Assembly: GCF_001949145.1 (NCBI RefSeq)
Contig: NW_019091401.1
Span: 62,001 to 124,000 of the forward strand
DNA length: 62,000 bases
DNA from: Acanthaster planci
Taxonomy: Eukaryota
Reading direction: 5' to 3'
Both the position numbers and the translations under genes were made by a program. Shown here in pieces: positions 32,901 through 47,900 of the stretch (position 1 is its first letter; each line of letters opens with the position of its first letter). The notes beneath the pieces are model-generated. The model was not told the origin of the DNA. It saw only the letters and a program-made list of their open reading frames with translations, and made no database searches.

Positions 32901-35900
32901 AAATTTATGGAATTTGCATTGTTCATGTAAATATGGGTATCAATTTCATATATTAGCTTATTTTAGCCTGGTTTTGGAATGGGGTCACAATTGATGACCA
33001 TCTACCATCCTTACCAGGAAGTGTCATGTGTTTGCTGAAATACACTTTCCGCTCTGATTTGTAGATCAGTCACGGTATTTAAACTGAACTGAATTTTTCG
33101 GTCATTTGCTCTTCAGAGCAAGTAATGTTCTTTGAAAACACAACGAGAGATGCAAAACTATTCAGCAGACGTCACAGTGCCTTGAACACATGCCTTGTAT
33201 CAGGCATGCCACTGAAAATAGCAGATAACTAACACAAGTAACGATACAAACAGGTTGCCTCAGATGGTTGGTGCAGTAAAAAATGTGAAACAGTTGACAC
33301 ACATTCCATGGATACTGCCAAAAGGTATTTGCTTTGCACTGTGTGACAAGGACAAGGCAATCTGTGCTGAATTTATCAAGCCTGATCTGTGTTGTAGTCA
33401 AGTTCACCGCTAGTCCTTTTGAAAGTCCAGTCAAAAGCCCTTTCATGAGACAAGTCATAAAAAAAAGGGGTGAACAACAACAAAGAAATGCTTTTCCCGT
33501 AGTTCATTTGAATTGCTTGTAACTTTGCTTGAGATACGAAGACTTGTAATGGACTCATAAGGGACTCGACTGAAATGCCGACCCAAATCCTTTCCTAAAA
33601 TTCCACCAGGAGATTTAGCAAAAAAGGACAGCCCTAACACCTGTATGATACCAATACGTGGGGAATGATACTCTTTGAGAATTCTTGTAGAAACATTTAC
33701 CAGTGGTTTCCTAAAGAGAGAGTTTGGGAGGATTCAGGAAGGTTCCTGGTACAAAAAATAGTTGGTTAGTTGGGGTTTACTCTGCTGGCATTATACCGAG
33801 GCAGAAAAGTTTTGCTAGTCTGGGTTGCTGGAAATTCTAACCTGCTTGAATCGCTTTAGATGTATGACAAGGATGTCAGGTAACGACCACAAGCTGAGTC
33901 GCTTTGAACCCTGCTGGAGTTTCTTGCAGAAGGGACAACTCCAGGCATTGTCTGGTCCAAGCTGTCAACCAAAAAGCAAACAAAATCAAGTCAGTAAAGA
34001 AATGACTGCTTGAGCCAATCATTTTCTCTTTCCAAAAAACTATTACTTGTTTTGAGATATATGTGATGCAAACAAGCCTAGTTTTTCTCTAAATACTCAG
34101 ATTCCAATCCATTAAAAAAGTACACAATACTCTGATCCTACAGGAGAATTCAGGCTTAATTCCGACTATCCGTCTTTTATTTGGTATATAATTTTAAAAA
34201 GGACTTGACTACCATTCTGATGAGCGAACTCAACATCTGAATTGTCTTAGCTGCCTAAGGTTAGTGTCTGAGAAGGACGGGCGACGAAATATCCAAAATA
34301 TAATCCAACGTCCTTTTGAAACATGTCAGCCATTCCAGGTAGACTAAGCCACTGCTGGATGTCTAGTAACCTACCTTTTCTTCCTGTGTGTACAGGTCCA
34401 TGCAGTCTGCCAGGGATGCCTTGACTGGTTGTTGGTGGGCCAGTCTCTGCTTCTGTACACTCTCATCTTCCTCAATGAAGATGCTCAGAACCTTCTGGGA
34501 GAAGCTGCGATTCAATGATGCACAAGGACAGGCAAAGGTAATATTTATGGATTCTAATGTATTCCATTCAGTACATGTGCCTGGTGAAAATGGTTGGAAA
34601 TGGCTTTGTAGGATGGAGGTAGGGTTTTCATATTTGAAAAGAAGTATAAGACAATACAAAGACATTTAGGACAAACACACAATATGAAACAAAGCTGATG
34701 ACAATGCCAAACCAGATTTGAACCGATGAAAATACAAAGGAACAGCCAGGAACTTATCAAACAAATATTGTTATTATTACTCATAGGTGCACACCCAGGC
34801 CACTGAGTGACTGAGACGGACATTCTTATAGCAACTCACAATCACTCAAGGGCACAGATGTGGAAAGAAAGAGTTTTTAACCCATTGGAGTTTGCTTTGA
34901 GTTCAGATTTCACTTGACATTATTTTCATATGGTGAAATGGGGCAGAGAAATTTGCTGAGAAGTTTGTGGTTTTGGGTCAATGCAACTGATTTTTCCCAG
35001 ACACATGACTAAAATTCTTCTTCAATGTATGACAACTGTTTGAAATGCTGTTGCCTGAGCTTTTCTGGATAACTGACATGAGGGTGCTGTTGCTGTGATG
35101 ACAACAGGGAAATTATTGTTCAGAGTCCATGTTTTATGTACATATTGTGAAAGTTTCTCTTTGAAACATTTTCCAAAAAAAACATTGTTGATTTATTGTC
35201 ATGCATTTGCACAACAATAAACCACCAAAGAAACAGAAATTTATGATAGCAAAATATTAAAAGTTCCAGCAGATTTTGTGCACAAACCAAAGTAAAACTG
35301 GGGCTCAGTGTCTGGGATGACAACATAGTTTTGCTCATGAATACAGAGCTTTGCAACTTGCTTACAGCAGAAAAACCAAACAAAAGGCTCCAAAATACCT
35401 GTTAAAATTAGGTTAACTGAAACACAAAGTCGCATATTTAACTGCTTCAGTAAAATATTTGCATTGCATGAATCGTTTCAAATGCTTTACTTCAGGTTTA
35501 GTTCAAAAGATAATACAGTTCTGGTGGAATGCATCTACATGTATATGTATTATTAAACAAAAGGTGTTCCTGGTATAACTCTTGTACATGCACACCGATA
35601 CCCCTCAGCATACATCATACGCTGCTTATTCTTCTTGTGCTCACCAAAATCCAAACATACAAACACAACTTCACAACAATTTGAAACAAGGCAACATATG
35701 ATACAAGTCAAGCAGATTTGGCACACTCTGGTATACTGGCTGTCAGGGTTGCTATCAGTTAGACCTTGTTTACTATTTCACTATCTAGGACACTGCCAAG
35801 TATTTGAGCTCCTCAAGATAAAGCCCTACCATCCCCATTCACCATTGTGTTTACTTTGAGGTCAAAGTGGGCAAAGTGGGCAATTAACACAGACAGACAA

Positions 35901-38900
35901 GCTCTGGTTCAGTGAGACTTTATGGCCTTGCAGCATCAGGTCACCACAATACCACATGCTCTGAAGGTGACAGCCATCTGTCATTGGCAAAAAAATGACA
36001 ATCTGGTTACAAAGTGCAAAGTGACCTTTATTTGACTAGTTGTCAACCTGCACTCAAACTCAAATGAGTTTCAATACATTTTTAGCATTCTCAGTAACTG
36101 TGGGCAACGTGCTTACAGAGTGTCATCAAAACAAAAAAGGATCATTTGAGACAACTACATGTTCTATACATTTCTACTAAAATTCAGCTGCAACACAAAG
36201 CCACATTCAATGTGCTTCACCAATATCCTTATGGCAAGTCGCATATTTCTGGGTCATTCAAGGGTAACTAGACAGCACTTCTACAGAGTTTGTTTAACTA
36301 GAATGTTAACATGCTGTACAGAGTATGACCTTACAGCTACATGCATGCAGTGTTTGTGCACCTATTCACTTATCTTCTACAAATTTGTATCCGTTGTGTA
36401 CACCCATATGCTCCGTCCAATCTATAGACTTGTCTCATTGCCGAATAACTTACGTGAATCGGATGTCGTGTTCCCATTCCACCACCGCCTTGATGTGGGC
36501 TGGTCCTCCCTCCTCAGCTGTGGCTTGTAATAACCTGGGATCAACCACAAAAATGTGAGAATTTCTCAGAAATTACACAAAACATATGACTACATGTGAC
36601 AGAAGCCATCGGAATTGGCTTTCCAAAGTTGGCCAGTTATGCCCACTACAATCAGTTTGAATGTCTGCACATGCACATGTACACAGACCATTTTGTAGTA
36701 TTTTGTGGTATTGTAGTGACTTATTATCAGATGACAGCAAAAACGGAAAATGCATAAATACTGCCAAATATGGATTCAACAACCAACAACCCTTCTAAAT
36801 GAGTAATCAGTTTCCAACAGAGACCTTCTTAATGCAGCTGATGTAACTGCAGAGACCCATGCTAGAACAAGAATGGCTACAGATTACAATGTTTGTAGTG
36901 CATGTATAAATGCTGGAAAAAAATCACACATAGTCTTTCTTGATTACAGCATGTCATTTCCTAGCATACATGTATTTTGAAATGGTTTAGTGATTTTTTA
37001 AGCACAAAATTTATTCCCACAATATTCAGCATTACATCTGACATTTCCTGAGGGTGCATCACTTTGATAAGAATTTTTCCTCAGAACGTAAGACTATTTC
37101 AATAGAAAATCAGTTTTTTAAATGGCAAACCAACAAAATGAATGTCACTGAACTCTTCCAAATTCGGCTAGAAAACAGGCAAGCCCTTACAACTGTATCT
37201 GTATCTCACGTGTGCGAATATCATTTGGGCACTGACACGCCACTGACCCACTGTAATGACTTTCCGCAAAGCCACAACAATAAGACTAGATCAAAGCCTT
37301 GTTGATAAAGCTCTCCAGATATGTATTGCCGGTATGGAGGGTTGAGTGTAGGGGTGCTACACATTTACCTAGTGATGACCGTATTGTGTAGAGGCCTGGA
37401 CTCATCGGGCATTAAGAAGTGCCTGGAGCCCTTGGCGTCCGTGACTACACCAACCCTCAGCAGCGGTCCCTGGGAGCAGAATGAGTGAGATCAGTGGCAA
37501 GACATGTGTAAGTATGGTGAAAACAGGGCCAGACTAGGCCAGGGATCAAAGTGTACGCACAGTTTGCTGAGATACGGACAAACTGGACGCAATATTATCC
37601 ACTTATTGTTCATGAGGTGCTATTGTCAAAAATGGATGACCTCTATAAAAATGGCAGACAGAAAAATTGATTGCCAACCATCACTAGAGACTAATATGAA
37701 CCAGAGTTTAAATAATACTATGTGTTTTTCTGACCGACCGACTGCTTAAGGGCTGTCAACCAAGTCTGCAAATATTTAAAATCTTTCAAATGGTGCTTGA
37801 CAACTTCTTATGGCTGAAAAGACATATTAAGGCTGGTTCATACATGTTCCTCACGCAAAAGCGAACACAAATGAGAATTTGTGATGTCAGGTCAAATATT
37901 GGCACATTGAACACATTTCAACTCTGGCAAAATTTGCTGCAAATCTTTTGTAACATCTAATCTGCTTCATCTTCATCTTTGCCTGTAGTATGAAATGGCC
38001 TTTAGACTGACAGAAAAGAACACTAGAGTAATATACACATTGTATTCTAATAACTTTTCTGAAGAAAATGTACCCCCAGTACAAGTATTCACCCAACCAC
38101 CACGTACATGTACATGATGTACAGCACATCTATATTGGTAATTAATGAGCAGTATACAGATGTACTACCATATATCCTAATGTTTTGATATGTTGTGAAT
38201 TAAAGCCTCCATCCATCAGACCTACATATACATGTACATGCGTAGTTCTCCGAGTAAAATACATGTACATGTATGTACATGATCAAGGGACCAAGATGTA
38301 CACTAAAGGTACAAGTACCGTACATGTACATCCAATGGTTCAAAGCCATTTTCATATATTGCACCAATATAGCCATTGCATTATATGCAGATTTATCCTA
38401 CTCCACAGCCTATCCCATCTGCTTCACATTTTCCATTCTTCAAATGCCTGACTGCTCTACAACCTGTTCAACTTCAGCCAAGTGTAACAGCACCACACAT
38501 GCAAGACTAAGTGACAAGAATTGCTGTTTTTTTCACACGCAAAGAGCTATTTTTTTCTAGGCATCACGTAACCAAATAAAAAACAGGTAGAAAGGTTCAT
38601 TGTTGTTTGTACGTGCAAAAGCCTCACCGTCACCTACTGGTGCATGTACATGTACAGTAACAATGCCCTTCAGAATCATGTTTGAGAAGTCCTGTTTACA
38701 TGCATTTTTATGGCGTGCAAAGTTAACATTTAATCCCGGAATAGAGATATCTCTATTCTTAGATGTACCAAGTTAACATTAACATGTATTCACGGAATAG
38801 AGATATCTCTTTCTCTGGATGTGTCAAGCTAACATTAACATGTATTCACGGAATAGAGATATCTCTATTTCTGGATGTGTCAAGCTAACATTTACATGTA

Positions 38901-41900
38901 TTCACGGAATAGAGATATCTCTATTCCTAGATGTGCCAAGTTAACATTTACATGTATTCACAGAATAGAGATATCTCTATTNNNNNNNNNNNNNNNNNNN
39001 NNNNNNNNNNNNNNNNNNNNNNNNNNNNNNNNNNNNNNNNNNNNNNNNNNNNNNNNNNNNNNNNNNNNNNNNNNNNNNNNNNNNNNNNNNNNNNNNNNNN
39101 NNNNNNNNNNNNNNNNNNNNNNNNNNNNNNNNNNNNNNNNNNNNNNNNNNNNNNNNNNNNNNNNNNNNNNNNNNNNNNNNNNNNNNNNNNNNNNNNNNNN
39201 NNNNNNNNNNNNNNNNNNNNNNNNNNNNNNNNNNNNNNNNNNNNNNNNNNNNNNNNNNNNNNNNNNNNNNNNNNNNNNNNNNNNNNNNNNNNNNNNNNNN
39301 NNNNNNNNNNNNNNNNNNNNNNNNNNNNNNNNNNNNNNNNNNNNNNNNNNNNNNNNNNNNNNNNNNNNNNNNNNNNNNNNNNNNNNNNNNNNNNNNNNNN
39401 NNNNNNNNNNNNNNNNNNNNNNNNNNNNNNNNNNNNNNNNNNNNNNNNNNNNNNNNNNNNNNNNNNNNNNNNNNNNNNNNNNNNNNNNNNNNNNNNNNNN
39501 NNNNNNNNNNNNNNNNNNNNNNNNNNNNNNNNNNNNNNNNNNNNNNNNNNNNNNNNNNNNNNNNNNNNNNNNNNNNNNNNNNNNNNNNNNNNNNNNNNNN
39601 NNNNNNNNNNNNNNNNNNNNNNNNNNNNNNNNNNNNNNNNNNNNNNNNNNNNNNNNNNNNNNNNNNNNNNNNNNNNATATCTCTATTCCTAATAGAGTCC
39701 ATTCCTAATTGAGGTATCTCTATTCCTAATTGAGATATCTCTATCAAGTTACCACTTACGAGGTCAGCAGGTCGCCCTCTCAGTTTTGTGTTAAAAAATC
39801 TATTATCTTGAGGGGTTTTGAATCGTGTCCCAGTACTTGTACTGCCGTGGTTGATTACGTCAGGAAACTTTACATGACCCTCTGGCTAAGTGAAACTTTG
39901 TGTGTTATGTTACAATGACCTTTCTGTTGACTCAGTGTGCGGAACCAGAAATATTATAGAGATATCTCTATTAAAAACAGAGATATCAGTATACGTGGAT
40001 TAAATGTTAACTTCGCATGCCACGCATTTTCATGATTTTGATCTGTTTAAACTAATACATGTACATGTATGTATGCTAATCTTAAGACGTCAAGGTTTGT
40101 CTGGTGTTTATTTCATATTCTGATTACCTCTGATTTGTCTAGAGCTATGAGTAATGAATGTGTCCATGTACTGGTAGGAGTGAAATGAAAGTACATGCAA
40201 AAATTTTCCTGAAGCATTCCAAAACTCAAAACATCCCCAAAATTCCAACCCACACTTGCCGTACGTAATCTCCTAAAATCAGTTACAGTCCAAAGTTGCT
40301 GTCAGAGACCAACATAACACTACAGTTCCAAATGGATTGGTATCAAGCTCGCTGGTGGAGGGGTAAGACATTAGCATTAGTAAGCAGAAAGTTGTGGATT
40401 CAAGTCCCAACCAACTAAGCTCGTGTGCTGAGTGTACATGTGTTTTTCGCAGTCCCTCAGAAAACAGTGAATATGCATGCAGTGTTTACAAACATAAATA
40501 CATGTTGGTACAGGGCAAAAACTCAATGCATATATCGTACATACTGGTATGTACATGTACAGTACATGTACAAAACCCCTTTATGCAGCAACCATACATG
40601 TACTGGTACATAGCAATAAGTTTCACTACATGTACACATTCCAAACGGCCCTTGAACATCAACCCAAAACACCTGCCATTTACATCTACACTGTTTCATG
40701 TGGCTCAGTGGGTTTCCCATAGCTCAGCTGCTATCTGCGCAACGGGACTTCACTGCCAGCAATTTACATTCAATCACATTCAGCCCCCCTGTTTTTTCAA
40801 AGCACCCCACATAATTGTTCAAGCTTGGCTCACTGTCAACATGGGAAAGCCCTCAGGGAAAGCATTGCCTCACGGAGTATTGATCTGGTTTTAAAGCATC
40901 GCGATGAGAAAACAAAGCTCCCATGGCAGGCTTTTAAATCCAACTCTTTCTGGGTCGCACAGCAGACGTACCATCTACCGTGCACGTTCTTAATGACAGG
41001 CATGAGGAGAGATGCACATTGCTAGCATTTTGCAGTTGCATGTACCGTGTTTCAGATGGAAGGCTAACAATGTTTAGCTTGGCACGGATCATTCAGATAC
41101 CTACTGTTTAGCATTTTCCTTTTCTGCAAAATATTTTTAATATCGATGTCTCCCCCTCCTTGATAACTTTCGACTGTGTGTTTTTCTCCATGGCAGTGTG
41201 ACATAACAATGCCATGAGGTTTCGGACTATTTTCATATCTACTCAAAAAATATAAACAAAAATTTGCTCAAATGGATTCACTTATGTAGACTTATTTAAC
41301 TATCCAATAGATTTCTCTTCTGTATCTATTCTCTCTCCTTTGTGCATTTTTTTACAGAATGTGAGATGACTTTCCGAACAACCTACGAGTGACACTGACT
41401 ATACTGCTTGTGGCACGCAGGGCACCAGTTTGCATTATGCGCCAATAATCTACAACAAGAAGAAGAAATGGATTCAGGCAGTCAGGGTGAAGACACAGTT
41501 CACAGACGAAACAATAGAGCAAAAGCAGGGGTACATGTACGTGTGTACCTTGGTCAAGACCTGGTCCACGTGGCTACAGCCCATCTTCTTCAGGATGACA
41601 ATCCTCAGCTGTTGATTGGTTATGCTGCGGTCGACCTCAATGGCTATCGGATGACCAAACCTGCAAGTTAAGCCAGGTAAACAAGAAAAGTCAGGGCTCA
41701 ATCCTAAGGGCTCTGTGCATGAACAACAGAGGGCACTTTGTTCCCTAGCAACAGCATCCCTTGAAGCCAACACAATGCATGAACACACTTGTTTGGGTGT
41801 GTATTTGCATATACAGTGTACATGTGGCAACTTTAATCTAAAAAAAAAAATCTTCCCCTCAGTTAAAATTGCTGTCCATAATTTAAACCCTTTGAAACTG

Positions 41901-44900
41901 TTATGCATGCACACGTACATGTACATGTATAAATCAACACACAAGAAACACCGCTACTGGAATGGGCACATTTTTGTTTTAATCACAACTTTTTCTGAGT
42001 CGCATCTAAAACAATCTTCAAAATTGACACATTTTCCATCCACTCTGAACAAAAACAAAGGAAACACTCAAGTTCCAGCCTTCACAGAACATATTATTCA
42101 ATGGTAGAACAACCCGGGCTTACTGCATGGAGCTGTTCAGCTTGTATTTGTGCATGTACAAACATGTACATTTAGGACATGCTGCACATGTTTAGCAGCC
42201 CTACATGTCCTGGCATGAAAGTCAGCCATGGTCAAAGAATGTTCACATACATGTACCGGCACATGTAATGGCAAGAACATATTTAACAATTTGGGAGATA
42301 ATCCTTGTGAGATGGCTCAAATACATGTTCATGTACCTTTAACTTGATTACATGCTTTGTGTCATCAACCATTTTGCCCTATTGGTCACCTGCAATGTAA
42401 TCGAAGCTTACTTAATTTGGAAGTTTTAATGGTGCTGCAGGAATCAATTCCACATAGCTGCAACTCTATCAGTGTCTACAGATGTGAAAAAGGCTCAAAT
42501 TTCAAAGAAAATAATGTTTTACAACGTTGCATCCATATTTTATTTCACCAACTCAGAGGCATATAATGCAGGTACATGTACATGCACATGGTCCCCTGTA
42601 TAGACTTGGGTGATAACCAACTCCAGTACATAGAGCAGTATTGCTGTTTAACACAGAAGTCCTGTCTTGCAAGTAAGGCCAGTTCATAATTAAAGCAAAG
42701 GCAGAAATGAAGTTAATTTTATATTCTGAAAAATTGGCAGTAAAATTAGCTGAGGTTAAAAATGTGCTCAACTGTTGCAAATTCCCAGCAAGCATAGCAA
42801 GTGTAAAGTATTTCATCTGATGTCGCGATTTCACATTTGTTTTCTCTTTCACGCCAACTACATGTACATGAAATTATGCAATCCAGCTTTTACAGTCTTA
42901 ACTATAGGTGTGTGTACATGTATTTGTGAGTACATCTAAGATTATAAGCCGTCAGAAAAGTTTTTAACTTGGGCAGCATCACAACCTGCAATCACCCAAA
43001 ACCTGGGTGCAAAATGAAGGAACTTTCACAAGATACACTGTACCGGTACATGAGTGTTAACAAAAATTCAACATGGACAAAAATGACCCACAGAATGACA
43101 AATTCTTACAAGTTATCAAGACGCTTCAAACCAAAGCTGACCTGAAACCAATCTGAATTTCCTAAGTCCCAAATTAAGGTAAAACCAACCTACCATAAAC
43201 CAACCAAAAGAAAACCCTGAACTGATTATTCAGACAAAAGTCCTACAATTTCTCCACTTTTTCAACCTGAACTTACCCATGTTACATGAATTCTATCCAA
43301 AAAACATGTGAGAATTCAACACTATATGTACCTCCTTCACAGTCCCAGTTGGACGTCAGGAAAAACGTGAGCATCTTGGGTCATACCAGGCACTGTGACT
43401 CTTCAGTAATGATGCACTGTGCAAACTCTTCTAGATTTAGTTTGGGATATGTGTTAAGTTTTTCAAAGATGGGGGGTTGCACAATATTACACCCCATCCT
43501 CTTTCCCTGGGTAGCCCGCTTCTTTATCAGGATGCCTTGATGGCATGAGAAGCCAGATTCATTTCAAATCTTACCTTCTTCCAGTCTTGCTGAGACCCTG
43601 CTGGTTTAGGATCACCATGGTGATGACCTCTCCAACAGGTCGGTTGCAATGTACGTACAGGTACCCCTGCACCTGCGTATTGGTGGCCAGGGCCTGTGCA
43701 ATGTGCGGTGTCTCAATGGCGTACACGCTATCACTTTCCCTCAGTTCGCTCAATGGGAGGTTGTCATGGTAGGAACGATAGAAACCATCAAAGTAAACTT
43801 CCGTCAGAACAATCTGCACGCAAAACAACAAATAATCAAAACCAATACCTGTAAAATACAAAATTAATCCACTGATTACATATATGTTGCTTGTGGACAA
43901 TTAAAGTAATTCAAGGCAAAGTTTGCAATTTGTAGGTTTAGGACTTTCAATGTTTCAACCATTTATACCCAAATACACCCACAGTGTTTGGTACTTTCAC
44001 CATCTGGTATTTTTCCTCTCATGTACCGTTCTGTTCACCAGTAAACTATACACTATTGGCATGGTCGACTGAAGTGAAACAGTCCATCAAATTTAAATCT
44101 TGGGACATAAGTGAACTCTAACATATGAAGTTATGATCCAAACAGAGTTCCAAAATTAGTCAACAAAGCAACTGCTTGTTGCCAGTACAACCTGTACTGA
44201 ATTCTTAGATTTCATTCTACATGTATATGTACATGTAGACTGATGTACATGTTCATGTATCAGTACCCATGTCAGGCATTATCTGATTTCTTCTCTCCAT
44301 TTGCTGTCAATGAAAATGTACATGTGTACATATACATGTACTATCTTTTTAGCCACACACAAAATCAAGACATGTATCACACCATGTAGATTGTACATGT
44401 AGCATGATTACTCTGGTGAAATGGGTTATGGTACATGAATATGTTTCCTTTAAATGCAATGGACTCAAACTGCCCGTTGTTTACAACATACTTCCAAAGT
44501 CAATGGGCACGGTAGTGGCCATCCACTAAACAAAAACAACCCGTAGATACTGGGTCTTAGCATGTCATAACTCACTCCTTTGTCTCATTTATTCCTCGGT
44601 GAAATCTGAAAGGGGATTGGAACAATAATGCTGTGAGGAATCTTTATTGGAACTGAAGGCAAATGGGTATTAGGCCGGAGGGAGATGGCCCATGGATATA
44701 AAAGTTGACTGAGTGATACAGCCTCCCTCAGTTTGGCCAGAGACGCGTGAGAGCAAGAACTCACGGTGAGAAACAATTTCATTCAATTTAACAAGTATTT
44801 ATCAGCTTCCTAAACCCTGAGCATTTCAGATCGAAGAATCAGATAATAATGATCTCAGATGTGTGGTTCTTTGAGAGTTGAGCTTTGGGATTAGTTCAGA

Positions 44901-47900
44901 AAACAGCTGTAGCAGTAACTGTGCGCCGGTGAGCTGGCGATATGAACTACAAATACCCGGTACGTGTAGCAATCGTCAATGTACATGTACAGTGCAGTTC
45001 GAGCGCGTATGAAGGCTCACAATGTGTGTGCATGCTTCAGTATGCAGTGTACAATGTAAATTTACATGGACGTACAACACTAGGTGTTACATGTAGTGAT
45101 GTCCACGTACTGTAGATGGTCGGCGTGTGCGGCCCTATATTGTTGCATTGTTGTCCACCCATGACACATTGTGCTGCATGCGCCTGTGCTGTTACACTTT
45201 ATCTAACCAGCTTAAAAAGGGAACCAATTATGATTTATGTAATGGGCTGCTTTTAGGACATTTTGCACTGCTGGGCCTAATGGTACTTGTAGCTCAAGTA
45301 CATGTAGGATGCAGCCAGTGTGCCACTTTCCTCATCAAGTGTTGGGTAACCATCATGTGCTTATAATAAAATGATCAAGGTCCTTGGACATTAATCCCAA
45401 CAAGTTTCTTTAGTTATTCTTTTATCATTTTACAATGGTGTGTATAATTCAAACTTACTGGTACATGAACATATACATACATGTAAATTCTTAGAATATG
45501 AATGTTGACCCTAATGTCACCAATAACATCTATTGTCACTCCAGGGGTCGTTTCAGTAGTCAACACAAAATAAAATAGTGAAACAACAGTTGAGTGGGTG
45601 TCACTCTATTTCTGTGTATGGTTGTCAACCTTGCTGCTCCCTTACCTTGGGCTAAACATCCCTTCTCATTCAGCTCAGGCAGTCAACACACCCAGTTATC
45701 CCCCATCATGGGTTCACTACATAACCAACATGACCAATGTGAGAAACAGGAGAGCATGATTCACAAAGAACTACTGTATCGTAATACAGGACTGCAACCA
45801 TTACATCGGTATCCTTGCATACCATGCTCACTGATACAAAGTCATACATGTACCCTGATTACATGTACATGTACACTGTATGTATGAATATTCAAGGAAA
45901 GCTTAAATTTCTACCTAGAAGCACTCAAGATGTTCATCTCTGAAACTCTGAGAGGACATGATCTCACCACATTATCAGACATGGGTAATGCCAGACATTA
46001 GGGGTCCATTTTTCCATGTCCCTGTCACATTTGACATATGATTTTGTAAGTTCAGAATGTATTTTCTGATTTCCAAGAGTGATGAATTAATGCGAATTAC
46101 CAGCCAAACAAATAGTAATAGTTTGAAATCAATTCTGGTGATATTTCCATGTCAAATTACAAAGGTCAGGTGTAACAGGGACACAAAAATGTCACACTTT
46201 TGGACCCTTAATTTCTGCAATTACCCACATCAATTTGCATCCAGTTGATGACCTCATAAACAAAACTTGGGACATGTTTACGCTGTGAATTCCTCAGCCA
46301 CCAGAGTGGCATTTTTATATTCCATACACAATGTAATATACATGTACATGTAGCTGGTTATGTGGGAATTACACAGTGGAACACAGCAGTAAATAAACTT
46401 ATCAACATGACAACCCTAATGCTGATTTTAACGTGAGGGAAATAAAGCTACATCGACGCATACATCTATCTTGAATACTTTGTTTTCATTGGCTCAAATC
46501 GATCATATGACCGAGTAATAAAAACACGACCTCTTCACTGCATATCACGCATCAACAATATCACATACACTGTACATGTACCGGTACTAGTCCCCATCCA
46601 CTGTCCAAAACATAATGCAGGAATCACTGACCAGCATGAACATGTACAGTACTGTTGTGACATTACACAGCCTACTGATTAGTAATTAGTTCATGATTAC
46701 TGGCAATCTATAAAAGATTACCCGATAAGGCAGATTGCAACAGTGAGCACACACCATGGAAGCCTCCCAGCTCCTGTGCACTAACAATGCATATCATGTA
46801 CTGGAACATGTACACCAGCTGTACGTACATGCACATGCTGTATTTGTGATTTTTTTACGGATTTTCTTGTAAATGTTATGTTTCAATGTTTGATCTTTGT
46901 TCTTAGTAAAAACAAGCTACCGTAGCAAGCATTATACATCCATGTAGGTGTTGTAAATTAACTACTGACAGTTGTTGTTGCATTTGTCATTCTGGCTTTG
47001 GAAGAGTCAGACCTGTGACCGGAATAAATCAATTACGTTATGTAAATCCCTGTGACAGGGGTCGAAATTAAAGGTGGCCCGTGGTACACTGAAAATTCAT
47101 TGGGCTACGGCATTGAAGTCCCAAAATGATGGCATGTGTTTTTCTAACTTACATGACTTACCAAAATAAATTTTACAGTCGTGCCAAAAATTTAGGATCA
47201 GTGCATTTAAAAAGGTGCATTTAAATCCAGCCAGGCTGACCAATCAGCCGTTTTGGTAGGGAAATTCGACTGACGCAAATTGGCAAGTGTGGTAGGCCTG
47301 ATCAATTCCATTATATGTACTCCACCCGGGCCACCCAATTTTCACAGGGCCAGTGCGATGCACTTCCCAACTGGCCCTGCACGCCACCAAGAAATTGAAG
47401 TTAATTTTGACCCCTGCTATTACCATCCCTTTAATTTGTGTTAAGTTGCGTCCACTGGGCAATCCCACCACAACATCATCAGCTGTTAGAGCACTGCAAT
47501 GTTTTGTCAATAGTTGAAGTTCATTTCTTTGTATAAATCCCTTTTTAATGTAAAATGTAACGTGCCCAGTAATTCAAATCCTATTTAGTTTCTTCAAATC
47601 ACACTGATGAGTAACTGTTTCTTTTTTCTTGGCCCAATGTTTTGTACAAGTACATGTACATACACATATTTATGTACCAGTACACGTACACGTATGTATT
47701 CAATTTTGCAAGGGAGAAAGCTACACAACACAGCATCCATTCACTGCAGGAACTTCAATATGAAGCAGTGTTCATTATACATGTACAGGATTAAATGGAA
47801 GCCTGGCTCGCGTGCAGTAAGGTTGTTACGGTGACAGTGATGGAATGAGCCTAGGCAGGTTTGAACACGCACGCCACTCAACTTGTTCGGTGAGACGTGT

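Larger units (their letters stand above)
38711..40022. mobile_element. TIR element with an internal array of palindrome-containing tandem repeats, spanning a gap
   Basis: 26-nt TIRs tggcgtgcaaagttaacatttaatcc / ggattaaatgttaacttcgcatgcca. 56-bp units from 38738, 21-bp units after the gap. Confidence 0.75.

Noticed and set aside
34217..34260. Other CTGATGA motifs as hammerheads (also near 13139, 22577, 47604, 49085)
   Set aside because: No stem II followed by GAAA in the correct arrangement.
38738..39745. CRISPR-like array (regularly spaced palindromic repeats)
   Set aside because: The intervening sequences are near-identical rather than unique spacers, there are no cas genes, and the context is a eukaryotic intron.
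44943..44958. ZNF143/Staf-like ACTACAA..CCC promoter motif
   Set aside because: Partial match in mid-intron with no other evidence of a promoter.
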